Translations under genes and position numbers: made by a program
Notes under the pieces: model-generated
Databases searched by the model: none
What the model saw: the letters and a program-made list of their open reading frames with translations, nothing else
What the model was told of the DNA's origin: nothing
NCBI RefSeq assembly: GCF_001194135.2
Contig: NC_068998.1
Span: 39,235,609-39,299,608, forward strand
Direction: 5' to 3'
From: Octopus bimaculoides
Lineage: Eukaryota
Length of the DNA stretch: 64,000 nucleotides
In this document: in pieces, positions 1 to 13,900 of the stretch
How the letters are laid out: each line of letters starts with the position of its first letter
Position numbering within the stretch: the stretch's first letter is position 1

Positions 1-2211
1 ACTGTGAGGTGATAATAGTTATTTGTTTCCCTAATTAACAAACGTGAAAAGATATAACAGGAAGTTATCAAACAATCTCTACAATGCTTTCAAGATGTTC
101 AGTGACCGAGGAAAGCCTTCAGTGGGAATTTTTCCCCAAAGCAAGTGATGAGTCATTCGAGTAAGTTTAAGCCTATTAGGCTTATAAATCTGCGGTTTCT
201 AAAACTTCAACTTGACCCAACTCAGGCAGGCAGGTAGGCACACACACACACACACACACACACACATTCTGATCCAATTATCCACTCATACATACAAACA
301 TGGCTACAACAACATTGCAACAAGCAGTATCTTTTATGAAATTTAAACACATTACTATAACAAAAATGCTGTATTTCGTATTCTAGTATGACAACAAGCT
401 TGAATTACTTGAAAAATATATCCTAACAGCTGGCCAAATGGGAAATGTTTATAACAGTTATCCATGTAATATATCTATAATAAATTTACATCAGTATGTT
501 GTCAAGCTGCAAAGAAAAGAGTATAGAGACAGAAAGTGCATGCAGTTATGTCTTTCAGTGGGCAACTTAGAGGAAAATAAAGAGAATAAATGAAGAGAGA
601 AATAGAGAGAGTGGGAAAGAGAACAGATAGCATTCCACATACAAATACAGACCTATATCCATGTTAACAGCTTACACCATATACAAACACTCACTTATTC
701 AGTATTATGTACATCTGTCTGCTGCTCACACCCACCCATGAACACAGACCAGTATGCATGTCATGTCAACAAATAACCTACACACACACACACACACACA
801 CGTCGCCTGAAAGATTACCCGCAACACACAGAAATTCAAGCTTAGACACATATTAAGGTCACCAATGGCACCCCTATTTTCCATGGGAGCCTTATTTATA
901 TTTGGATTGTTTTCTTTGATCTTACAAACTAGTTACTTTCCTTAAGGCTGTCCGTCACACACTTTTCTTTCCTTATTCTACTCCTTTATTTTAGAGAAAG
1001 AGTCAACAGGCAGAAAATGAAAGAGGAAGTTAGTGGGGAAAATTGAAAGAAAAACAAGAAAAGAAAAGAGAGGTGTCATGAACATTTTTCTGACGTTTTC
1101 AATTCAAATGACATCCACATACATAACATAAATATAGTTGTCTGCACTTATTACATTTTCCTCTTTAAATTGACAAAGTATTTCAACTTGTCAGAAAGTG
1201 ACCCAAAATATATTCGTGCAGGTTACACATTAGATTACTTTCAGTATTTTGCTTGCAGACAACAAAGCCTTATAACTGTTGATATTGGAAACATACAGTT
1301 ATTGTTTCATTGTTTACTGATAATTTCGAAGGCTTTTATTACAAAAAGTATTAAGAACCCCAAATAAGTGTGCAGCAACCTCAGCATTGTGAGCTACAGG
1401 GTGACGTTGGAAGTGCCAGCACACACTGTAAAGTGGCCGTCACTAGGAAGGACATGTAGCCATAAACACCATGCCAAAGAAGACATTGGAGCATGATGAA
1501 GTCTTTGGACTCATTGGATCTTTGTCAAACTGTCCAACCCCACGACAGCATGGAACATAGACATTAAATGGTGATGATGGTAATGATGATGAAAATAACA
1601 TGGTATAAAATTGTTGTAAAATACAATAGAACCGTTCTTTGTAATTAACACTTGCCACAAATTAGTTTAATCATTTCAGACCAGGAGTTGCTTTTCCAAT
1701 AGTTTGGTAAGAGGGATGATAGCTATGTAGCTTGAAGACATTGCTTGAACAATGTGATGTGATAGAAGTATTTAGGTATGCATGACTTCATCATCATAGT
1801 TTTAACATCTACTTTTTCATGCTTGCATTGGGTTGTGTAAGGATATGTTGAGGTAATTTTCTATAGCTGATGCACTTCCTGTCACCAACCACCTCCAGCC
1901 CCAATTAAGGTAATAATCTCCCAAAACATTCCCGAAATATTTAAATGGAGAACTGGAAACATCCAACACCATATGAATGAGTGTTTTGTTAACTAAGACC
2001 ACACAATGAGGTAAGAAGCCTAAACATGCGTCTGTGATAGACGACAAGGAAACGATCAGTGAAATAATTGTTTACTCTCTGTGAACATATGGAAAAACAA
2101 ACTCATTCGCAGAAACACATGCACATACATTTATATATAAAGGGGTGGAATAAAGGTATTATTATGGATTGCTGAGCTCCTAGAAACATTTATATATATA
2201 TACATTTGTAA

Positions 2212-2250
<39 letters not shown>

Positions 2251-4070
2251 CACACATATACACTTGGCTGGGAACCAGTATCGCAGTGATGACGACATCA
2301 TATCTGCTATTGATGACTTTTTTGACTAACATGATGAAAACTTCTTCATTAATGGGATCCAAGCACTGCAACACAGAGGAAGTGTATGGACCACAAGGAG
2401 GACTATGTTGAAAAGTAAATCTCATTTGGTCACATTCCATCACTATGAATGTTTCAATGGTTGTAGATTTCTTTAAAAGGGTTCTAGACCATTTATTCCA
2501 TACTTAGCCATACATCTATAACTTTTCCATCCACTCAGCCCTTAGAATGGCATTGAATAACTCTAGAGGAGGAACTTCTTTAATAAAAAAACATTGAGTT
2601 CCATCAATCAGACAACACAAAACTGCAGTAAAATGTTTTTCTTTCATGTCCTGTTTCTAACATGGTTTCATTTCCTATTTTATCCAGGTTCCATACCTCA
2701 AATGTCAAAAAAACATGGATGTCTCATTCAGGATTCTAATTCAATTTAGTACAAAATCATACAACGGCTATAGTTTCATTATAAAGCAATGAAACTGCAC
2801 AATCGTATCATCCTAATCAGAAGAGAATCAGTGATAATCTAGTTTTCTGATATAGGGCTAAAATGTGCTTTTTAAACAATCTCTGATAGCATGCATTTAA
2901 AACATGTTGCAAGACTGAACAAACTGTATGTGTTATCTTATGATATTTCCTTTGCTTGTGATTTTACATGTAATGTTCTTATAAAATATCCAAAATATTC
3001 CTATCTCTTGTCTTACACCAAGTTAGTCAACTCTTTTAGTTCCAAATAGTCTGCTTTCTCTTTAGACATTGTTTACTGCTTGACATTTTCTGCCTAATAT
3101 TTCTCTAAGCAATTCTAGATTTCCTGGACGGATTGCAGTTGTTTGCAGCAAAACCTATGACATTAAATTAAATTTTTGTACAGTAAACCATAAATCTCTT
3201 TTTCACATTCACCCCTTATAATGTGTGAAGAATGAAGAATTTTTTAAAAACTACAAGTATATGGCAATAATATCACTTTCATGTTCTCTGCCATAAACTT
3301 TTAAACTAAATAATCACTCTTTAATGATAAAAAATACGACAACCAGCATGCTAATTGAATTAACTGCCATCAGATACAAATCTCTATACTATATGCATAT
3401 GGTGGTCCATAATTACAAGCAATGAGATATATACATTAGTTGTAAATATATCAGGGCAACACCCTAACCATTAGGCCATGTACCTTCACACACACAAACA
3501 CCATAACAGGTAAAATATAATACCTATTTAACACTAATATATGATTTTAGTAGAAGTCAAAAATTGTGATCTTTTTTCAGTTGATTTTACAGATTGTTGT
3601 CATACTTTGGAATAAATAATCTACATTAAAAGGCCATTCCAACACCTGTGAGTGTTTGCTTTAGCTGTCTTGCGTTTTCTCATAAAATTCCTTTTGAATC
3701 ACACAAGATATTCCATAGGTGTTATGGAAAAAGATATTAAATAAACATCCTATATTGTATCAGTAAGTAGAACACTATACATATATTTGTTCAATTTACA
3801 CTCACAGCTGAAGTAAAACAATTTATGTAGCAGTGGAGGAGATATATATATATATATTTTTTGAGGTTCTATACTTTAAGAAGGAAAACTTGAGGAGAAT
3901 GATAAATAGGATGAGGAGAAGAGGAAGAGAGAAGCAATATAAAAAAGGAGAGGAGAGGATCTAAAGTCAAGAGGGGGAAGTAATGAAAAGACATGCAGTA
4001 AGTTTACCAGGTTATTAAATGATAATACACATACATGAAAACATGTATGTATAAAAACAATGTAAATTAA

Positions 4071-4240
4071 AGAAGTCATTTTAAATTCTCAAACGCAGGA
4101 TAAAGCTAATAATATAGCCTGAACAGGATAAACTACCCCTATTTTACCGAAAAAAGTGTAGCCGCAAAATAGGGGTAGCTTATCCTGTTCAGGCTATATT
4201 ATTAGCTTTATCCTGCGATTGAGAACTTAAAATCACTTCT
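4071..4240. mobile_element. Foldback MITE, Kolobok-type ends
   Basis: 75-bp arms (4071-4145 / 4166-4240), 71/75 complementary, 20-nt spacer, flanked by TTAA on both sides, termini AG...CT. Confidence 0.8.
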
Positions 4241-4648
4241 TTAACTTTCTAAGACATCTCAACGCTTCTAAAAGCAAACTTCATTTGTTTGTTTACGTTC
4301 ATCGTAATTTGAATGTAAATTAAATATTCTTTTACTTGTTTCAGTCATTTGACTGCAGCCATGCTGGAGCACTGCCTTCAAGTGTTTTAGTTGAACAAAT
4401 CGACCGTCATACATAGATATATGACAGGCTTCTTTCAGTCTCTGTTTACCATATCCACTCACAAGACTTTGGTTGGTCTAAGGCTATAGTAGAAAATACT
4501 TGCTCAAGGTGCCACACAGTGGGACTGAACCCGGAACCATGTGGTTGGGAAGCAAGCTTCTACCCACACAGCCATGCCTGTGAATATTCAGTCAAGACAT
4601 TTCATGAAAAATTGTTTACAAGTAATTCTTTCCTGTAGGACAAGTTTA

Positions 4649-4721
<73 letters not shown>

Positions 4722-6361
4722 GCATACACATAGACACATGTACACAGAATACTCAAGTGACCATAAAGGAATTTTATCACAGTACTTCAATGTCTTCAGT
4801 AGCTTTCATTTCTCTTATTGTTTAGTTAACATGTGTTCTGTCTCAGACAGTAATAATATAACAATAATAATGAATAAAAAATAAAACAAACAATGCATTA
4901 TTGTTAGATGCAATGCAGATATGAGATCAGACTTGTTATGTCTGGGGGGGAAAAAACTCTACTTAATACAGAAGGTATCTTGTGATGTTTAATTGCAAGA
5001 CAGACAAAATACAGAATTCATGATTTTCCTATTATTTTTTCCTATCACTTATGGATGAATGATTGATTGTATAACAATGATTTGTGACAGGAGTACAAGG
5101 CTTAAACTGAGGTGAGAGACACCATCAATCACTTGACCCAATACTGCATTTTATCAACTCCAAAAAGGATGTGGGGCAAGTTTAACCCATTAATATTTTT
5201 TTCTGGTGCAAATGAATAATAATTGTTTTGTAAATTTGTTACAAGGTCAGATATTTGGGGAGAAAGGAAGACAATTGCATCAAACTCCATACTTGACAGA
5301 AACACTATTACATCAATCCTCAAATGATGGAAGGCAAAGCTGACCTAAGCAGATTTCGGGTTAATGCTTTGTATAGACGCAGGCACGTCTGTGTGGTAAT
5401 AAGCTTGCTTCCCAACCGCATGGTTCTGGGTTCAGTCCCACTGCGTGGCACCTAGGGCAAGTGTCTTCCACTACCGCCTCAGGTTAAACAAAGCCTTGTG
5501 AGTGGATTTGGCACACAGAAACTGAAAAAAGCCCATTGTGTGTGTGTGTGCGTCTCTCTATCTCTCTTTATGCCTATGTTTGACCCCTTCTACCATTTGA
5601 CAACTGGTATTGGTTAACGTCTCCATCACTTAGCAGTTCAATATAATAAGTATCAGGCTTAAAAAGAAAATAAGAACTGGGGTTGAGGCATTCAACTAAA
5701 AATTCCTCAAGGCTGCAGTCTAATGACTAAAACAAGTAAAAGATAAAAGATAGGCACAAAGCTTGAATTTTTTTTTTTGAGGAGGTGGGGATGAGGTTGG
5801 GGGGGGGGTTAGATTTAGCCAATTCCAATACTTGACTGAAGATTTATTTTATTGACCCTATAAAGATGAAAAGCAAAGATGACAGGCAAGTTGACCAGAA
5901 ATAATTATAAAAGTAAGAAAAACAACAACAGTTTCTGACATTGTCACCACCACCACCACCACTTGACAACTGGTATTGGTTTGTTTATGCCTCTATAACC
6001 TAGCAGTTTGGCAAAAGAAACTGACAGAATAAGTACCAGACTTAATAAATAATGGGGGTTGATTTATTTGACAAAACCCTCTAAGACTGTGCCCTAGCAT
6101 AGCTGCAGTCCAATGATTGAAACAAGTAAGATATACAAGATAAAATATCATATTTATTATAGAATTTTAACCTTAGGCAATATACACATAAGCTGAAGTA
6201 TTCATAAGAAACAAAATGTTATGAATCTAAAATGCCATATGATTTTTTTTTCTCCAGATCAAAGTGTAATTTCTGATATCACCAAAGCAAAGTATAAAAT
6301 CTTATGAATGGTTGTTTCGTTCTAATAAAACAAAAGTAAGTTTAAAAACATGCTAACTTAC

Positions 6362-6404
6362 CAATCTATCTGCATAGAATATAAAATCACTTCTGGCTGT
6401 CGTC
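6362..6404 (-). CDS. UPRT: UPRT coding exon 2 (43 nt)
   Basis: ccctctatctAG|G ACG ACA GCC AGA AGT GAT TTT ATA TTC TAT GCA GAT AGA TTG|GTAAG = (K)TTARSDFIFYADRL, the conserved T.SRGDF.F.ADRL motif. Phase matches exon 1. The next exon (IRLVVEEGLN...) was not found in 1-6361 and is presumed left of the window. Confidence 0.93.
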
Positions 6405-7859
6405 CTAGATAGAGGGAAAGATTATTATTAATTATGATTCTTATATCATTCATCATCATCATTTAGTATCCACTTTTCCATGTTTGTATGGATTGGACAC
6501 AATTTATTTCAGGTACATTTTCTATGGACAGATACCCTTCCTGTCACCAACCCTCATCTATTTCCAAGGAAGATAATATTTCCCCATGACCAGACATATT
6601 CATGCAGAATATTGGAAATTAATATCAGTCATATACTGCTTATATGATTGTGACACTCATTTACAACTTTCATATGATGTCGAAACAAAGAGACACACAC
6701 ACACACACACACACACACATGCGATGGTCTTCTTTCAGTTTCCATCTACCAAATCCACTAACGAGGCTTTGGTCAGGCTACAGCTGTGATGCTTGTCCAA
6801 GAGACTATGCAGTAGGACTAAACATGAAACTCATTTACAACTTTCACATGATGTCAAGACAATGGAACACACACACACACACATGATGGTCTTCTTTCAA
6901 TTTCTGTCAACCAAATCTTCTAACAAGGCTTTTGTCAGGCTAGAGCTGTGACACTTACCCAAGGTGCCACATAATGAGACTGAACACTAAACCATGTGAT
7001 TGGGAACCAAATTTCTCAACCACACAATCACCAATTAGGTGAATTAACCCTCAGAAAATTTACAGAATTAAAAAACATTTTTTATTGCAACCTGAAGTGG
7101 GTTGGATGGTGAACAATTCACGCTGTCAGGATCGGAACTGAGAAAAGATAAAGGAATCTATCAAAAACACAGTAAAGTGTTTCATGAAGTGCTCTGCTAA
7201 TGATTTCACTATCATAATAATAAAATACCTAAGTACTAGCAAATTTGGTAGGGGAGAATAGTCACAATTCTGCTATAATTCTTGACTAGTATCAACCCTG
7301 CAGGGAAAGGTAAGCTCAGTGGGATTCAAACACAAATTTCAAAATTACCACACGGTAATTTGTTTAGTACTCTACTGATTCTACTAATGACTGCTCTGAA
7401 AATGACCATTTTAATTTAGACAAAGGGGGGAAAAGTATTTTACCCAACATTATCATTTCTGCCTTCTGTCAAGTGTCAGTGCCTTTTAACATAGGCAGAA
7501 AGATCACATTTTATTCTTAGGCCAGCACCCATGAACTCCCAGATTTGTGAGGGAAAAGTTAGAAAGGAAACCTCTGGGGTTATCTTCAATGCTGCATACC
7601 TTAATTCTGATTACTTAATCTAAATATCTAGAGATTGTAAAAAGGATATAGACTGGTTTCAACATGACAGATCAATTACAAGATCAGTAATAGATAAAAC
7701 TCATTGCCAATCACTTGAGATATAGGTCTAATACTTGAGATATAGGAATCCATAAAATCAGTAATGACGGGTATGAAGTGTGTATGGTTAACAGATCCCT
7801 TCCTGGTCCAAATCCACACAGTAGAAATTTTTACAAATGTTTTTCCTCTACCATAACCT

Positions 7860-8670
7860 GTTTGACAAGAGCTATGTGAATGAAATTAGAGTAGACAGAG
7901 AGAAATCTGTGAGGGGCCATGGTTGTAGTTGGGTGGTTGACTGATTCTATTACACAGTATAACACCACCAGCATCTGACCCTTGGGCCGCCTTTTTAGAG
8001 TCTTAGGCTTTGTTGATAAAGGGTTTCTCCCTCTGAGTAAAAGGTAGATTGTATGATGCCTGTATGTGGACAGCCATGTTACACAGCAGCAAAACATGGG
8101 CTGTGACTGCAGATGACAAGTGAAGGCTTGAAAGAAAGGAAGCTAGTATGCTTTACTGGATGTGCAATGTCAGTGTGCATGTATAGTAGAGTGTAAGCAT
8201 GTTGAGAGAAAAATTGGGCATAAGAGGCATCAGATGTGGTGTGCAAGAGAGAAGGCTGTGCTGGTATGGTCATAAGATGTGTATGAATGAGGACAGCTGC
8301 ATAAGGAAATGCCAATCATTAACTGTGGACAGAACCTGTGGAAGAGATAGACCCAGGAAGACATGGGGACGAGGTGGTGAAGCATGATCTTTAGATGTTA
8401 AGTCGCATGGAGACGATGACAAATGATCGAGACCTTTGGTAGTTTGCTTTTTCTTGTCAGGCCAAGTGAAAGCATAGTCATGGACAGTGCTGGTGATACG
8501 TAAAAGGCACCCACTACACTGTTGGAGTGGTTAGTGACAGGAAGGGCATCCAGCCATAGAAGCCAAACCAAAATCAGACTGGAGCTTGGTACAGCTCCCT
8601 GGCTTACTAGTTCCAATCAAACTGTTTTATCCATGCTAGCATGGTAAACAAAAAACTAAATGATGATGAT
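7860..8670 (+). mobile_element. Decayed RTE-clade LINE 3' fragment
   Basis: VKGRLYDAC...LHSSKTWA...MLREKLGIRGIRCGVQERRLCWYGH...GRDRPRKTW (RTE C-terminus), with stops, followed by a 3' UTR ending in (TGA)n. Confidence 0.85.
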
Positions 8671-9139
8671 GATTGTGTGCATGCATATGTGTAAATCTGT
8701 ATTTGTCACCCACCACCACCTGACAACCAGTGTTGATGTGTTTATGTCCCTTAGCAGTATGGCAAAAGAGACTGATAGAATAGGTACCGCACATAAAAAA
8801 GTTAGGGGGGGGGGGAGTACTGGGGTTGATTAGTTCAACTAAAATTCTTCAAAGCAGTGCCCCAGCATGGTCACAATTTAATGACTGAAACAAGTAAAAG
8901 ATAAAAGATACCCAGGAATAACTACCTAGGAATGATCTGAGATCAAACAAATCAAAATAGAGTGGATATATTAAAGTTTAAAATGTTTCNNNNNNNNNNA
9001 AAAAAAAAAAAAAAAAAACGAATTGACTTTCATGTGTTCAATCCCAGGTTCAAAACTCAAACACAGTTTATAGAAATGTGCAAGAGTAGGATTACCTGAA
9101 GACACTTTGTTTATTAGACTGAATGAAATGTAGTATTAA

Positions 9140-9291
9140 CCTTTTAGCATTCAGATTACTCTGTCAACAGGAATGCTTTTTTATTCACATTGTTTTGAAT
9201 TAATCATGTAGCTTTCAGATTTCAATGATGTGATACATAAAAGAGGTAGAGACTATTTGGAGCGATATGGCCAGGTTTAAATGCTAAAGGG
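9140..9291 (+). mobile_element. piggyBac-type MITE, internally deleted copy
   Basis: TTAA|CCTTTTAGCATTCAGATTACTCTG...AATGCTAAAGGG|TTAA. Confidence 0.75.
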
Positions 9292-10489
9292 TTAAACATA
9301 CAGAAATGAAATATGTTACAGTCCACTAAACAAGCAACTCAATACGGAAACTAGGATAGGATATAATGGAAAGTTATGAAAAGTAAAGACAGATTGAGAT
9401 TGAGAGAGAGAGAGTTGAGGAAAAAGAGAGTGAGAATTAAGTAAAGACGAAACAATGTTAAACCGATAAGCAGCAAAGTGTTGATTAAGACAATGACATT
9501 TTATCTAATATATGACAGAAATAAAGCTGAGTAAACTTTGTCAATTTATTTTTTTTCATGGTCACAGATGTGTAGCGAACAACCACTTACAAACAAAATA
9601 ATAGTTTATATTTAGTTTGGGCCTACATAACAACCAAGAAAAATAGCAAAATGGACAACTATCAGTGTAGGTTTGACAAAACAAATCAGTTGAAAAAAAA
9701 AAAAACCAATAGGTTACAATTAGCATATTTAATGTAGTGAGCATTAAATATTTAATTAGAACTAAATGATGATCAGCATTTTACAATTGCTTCCCATACT
9801 GATGTGGTTTGGATGGATTTTCACAGTCCAAGTCAGTTCTTATTTGGCGTTACTGCTCTCTTTGAGGTTTCATTTATGACACTAGATTAAGATGTCATAA
9901 ATAAATCTGTCGGATATCTGTAAGCAGTATTGCTATTGTTTACTAATTGCAATGTAAAATCATCGTCATCATCATTTAATATCCACTTTCCATGCTGGCA
10001 TGGGTTGGACGGTTTGACCAGAGCTGGCAAACTGGAGAGCTGCACTATGTTCCAGACTGATTCGGCTTGGTTTCTATGGCTGGATGGTACCATCACTTGT
10101 GCCAGTGGCATGAAAGAAAGCACTCAGTACATGCTGTAAATTGGTTAGAATTAGGAAGTGCATCCAGTCACGGAAACCATACCAAAGCAGACACTGGAAT
10201 GTGATACAGTCCTGAGATACACTAGATCTTATCAAACTGTCAAACCCATGCCAGCATGGAACAGAGACATTAAATTATGATGATAATAAACTGCTTCGCT
10301 CAACCTGATCTTTAAAAAGAAGTCAAGAGCAGATAGATAAGATAAGGTAGAAAAAGCAGATAAAACCATCAGTTTTCAATGCAAAAGGTCATGAAGAACT
10401 AAGCTTTAATAGGAAATACTGATAAGAGAACACAAAAGCTTCATTCATTTTATGCAAAATCTAACCCACCTCCACCTCTCTCTAGCATA

Positions 10490-10980
10490 ATTTCTGGTTC
10501 TTGGCGAATCATGTTCTGAAAGTATTGTTGCTAGAATAAGAACAGGATGGAGGAAGTTCAGAGAGCTATCACCTCTGTTGGCAACAAAAAGACTCTCACG
10601 CAGAGTGAAAGGCAGATTGTATGATGCTTGTGTATGAATGGCTACGCTCCATGGTAGTGAGACATAGGCCCTGAATATGAAGCTAGTATGCTCTGATGGA
10701 TATGCAACAGCAGTGTGCATGTACAACAAAGGTGCAAATTTGTTGAACATAAGAGGAATCAAATAAAGCATGCAAGAGAGAAGACTACATTGGTTTAGAT
10801 ATGTGATGCATATAAAGATGGCTGTATAAAGAAGTGCTGACCACTTAAAAAGGATGTGAAAGTGCGAGACCCAGGAAGACATGGGATGTAGTGAGACTGA
10901 TCTCAGGATGTTGGGCCTCATGGAGAAGATGACAATGGATCAAGATGTCTGGCAATGTGAGATTCTTGAGAAGATCTACC
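10490..10980 (+). mobile_element. Second decayed RTE LINE fragment
   Basis: SCSESIVARIRTGWRKFRELSPLLATKRLSRRVKGRLYDACV*..LHGSET; same family as 7860-8670. Confidence 0.85.
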
Positions 10981-13900
10981 CATATGTAACAAGAAAATTT
11001 TTCCACACACCTTACCCCAATCAACCAAACTACATCTCTTCTCATTTCCTCTTTTTCATGCACTATACTTATCTCTCCCTCCCCACTGTATCATTGCTAT
11101 TTTGTTGCCCCCCCCCCACCTCTTCTATATATCCAGGTTTTACCAGTCACTGCATTCCCCACTCCCTCTTTGCATTCATGTAAACTCCCTGCTCCCTACT
11201 CATGCACCTAGAGTAACGTAGAAAGCTCCCAGGTCGCTCTGTAAAGTGGCTGGCATTTGGAAGGGCATCCAGCCATAAAACCCATCCCAAAACAGACAGT
11301 AAAGCCTGGTGTAGTCCTCTGGCTTGCTAGCTCCTGTCAAACCATCTGACACATGCCAGCACAGAAAATGGACGTTAAATGATAATGTATTTAGAGATAA
11401 GTCTATGGGTGATTTTGTCCCTCTTGCATCATTTATTGTTTTACACTTACATCTGTTTTTTTATTAGCACCATCTTGGAGGGGAGGAATAAGATGTAGAC
11501 AGTCAAAATAGGGTTCTAAAAGAAGGTAAGTCATGTTGGAGAAGGTTTCTAATCGCTTGTGATTTTTCATCTCAAGGGTTACAACCCCAAAAGTAACAGA
11601 CATTTAGCAGATGATCAGTGTTTTCTTAACATTTATTTGACCACCTCGTTATATTTTCAGTTCAAAAGTGACACAGTATACAGAAATTTAGCTATACCAT
11701 CACAGGTGGAGCAATCTAATGAACCAGCTGTTTTAATGCATAACTGACCTTGTTTACTCTGTAATCAATAGTATTTGACCAGTGTCACGCATACAAGAAT
11801 TAAGTTTGATATAGCAATCACAGATGTAGAAGTTTACAAGAAACAGTACTCTCATTATTATACAGTCACCATGTCAGACGAAATAAGATTATAGGTGGTT
11901 GTGTCTCATATCACTTATATAAGAGCTATAATGAAATGGTTTATGCTAGTAAATCTTTTGACAATGTTTTGTACAAAAATATCTTAGGTAAACTCCATCT
12001 CACCCAAGTCCAACACATGTTCGTCTCATTTAACTCTTTTGATACCAACCTTCCTGAGACCTTGTCTAATTTTACAATGTAAACTGCATGATTTAAACTC
12101 ATCAAAATCAGTGGTTCTTAGTTGGGGGTCCATATAAGATTTTGTTGTTAGAATTTATGTACAATAAATTGATTATACTTATACAATACAATACAATAAA
12201 AGCACAGGCACGGCTGCATGGTAAGAAGCTTGCTTCCCAACCACATAGTCCTAGGTTCAGTCCCACTGCATGGCACTTTGGGCAAGTGTCTTTTACTATA
12301 GCCTCGAGGGGATAGTTGATTACATGAATCCCAGTATTCAGCTGGTACTTATTTTATTGATCCCGAAAGGATGAAGGGCAAAGTCAACCTTGGTGGAATT
12401 TGAACTCAGAACATAAAGCCATGAAATACCACTAAGCATTTCACCCAGCATACTAATGATTCTGCCAGCTTGCCACCACTAATAGTAATAATAATCATAA
12501 CAAAGCTCTATATTCTTAACAGCCAGTTTTCACAAAGAACTCCAATTGTAGAATTCTGCCGTTACATCTAAAGTGATATTCATTATTAATCACAAAAAGA
12601 ATTCCTACCATATCCAAAAGAAAGCCTTTTACCAACAGTTATGTCCATAAACATACTGTCTCCTCACTTTGCCTTTTCCAAAGCTATTACAAGAGTCTCT
12701 GCTCATCAGAGCTAGCTACTAGCATGCCATCTCTACTTAGGCCTCACTTTTCATCCCCAAAACATTGACTGTTTGAATTCCCTCTACATATGCACCAAGT
12801 TACAGCTGTTTAAATTGAATATCTATTTCAAGGGCCTGCAAAGAACAATGACAGTCCTTTCCTCCCATTGCAACTAGAACCACTTCTATTAAATGCACCA
12901 GCTGCTCTGTAACACTAAAAACACTTCACTACTTAATATTATCATATTCACCAACCATTTTAACACCTTTTCTTTCCTTCTTTAATTTTTACTTTCCAGT
13001 TCTGAAAAAAGCAGCAGTGCTTAAAGCCCTTCAAGACTAGTAAGACTGATGCTGCTAATGCTTCTGCAGGAAGAGAGTTCTAGAGTGCTGATGTTCTGGG
13101 GAAAAAAAGGAATGGGTATTGTGGTCAGACATATTGGTGACAAGATGAAGAGAGACAAGTAAATCAAGAGTGTTTGAGAGAAGGTGGTAGCTAGCCAACA
13201 AGAATTGCATATGTTTGCAGTCTTTTGAACCACAAGCATCTTATCTGTGATACAGAACATTTTTCACTACAGACCAAACTACCTCTTTTAAAGTCTGTCA
13301 GTCTGCCTTTGTTGTGAGTACCTCCAGTAACATCTCATTACATCTTCATATTACAAACACAATCATCTCTCCTTTCTGCTTGTTGGATATGTATCAAATT
13401 TTGAAACATCATCTCTTCATCCACAACATGGCACTCACCCAAGAGCTTCCACCAAACAATATGAAGGTAATTCTTTTTTGCTAGAACTTTCTCTCTAGTC
13501 ATTTATTCCAATCAAATACCTATCATCTTCAAAATCAATAACAACCACCTCTCAGACTGTAGGAGATCATTTATCATTCAGTTCAAAGTGTTGGCTTGTT
13601 GGGAAACACTGTGAGAGAGATAGGAGGGTGGTCTTCTAGAGCAATGTTAGCTCAAAAGAAGCGTTAAATGCAGATTTAGGGTCCCAAATTCTATAAAAAT
13701 CAACTGTGATTAGTTCCTGATCATTGTTGATTTAGTTCAGTGGAACCACAATCATCTGTCACAAACCAAAAGCTGATCCACCAAGAATTTATAAGACCAC
13801 AAATCTGTTGCTGCCCTTCAGACAACAATACATATTCTCTCTCTCTTTTTTATTGTATCCATATTCAGTTCAGAAAATGTACCAAAATTAATTTGATATC

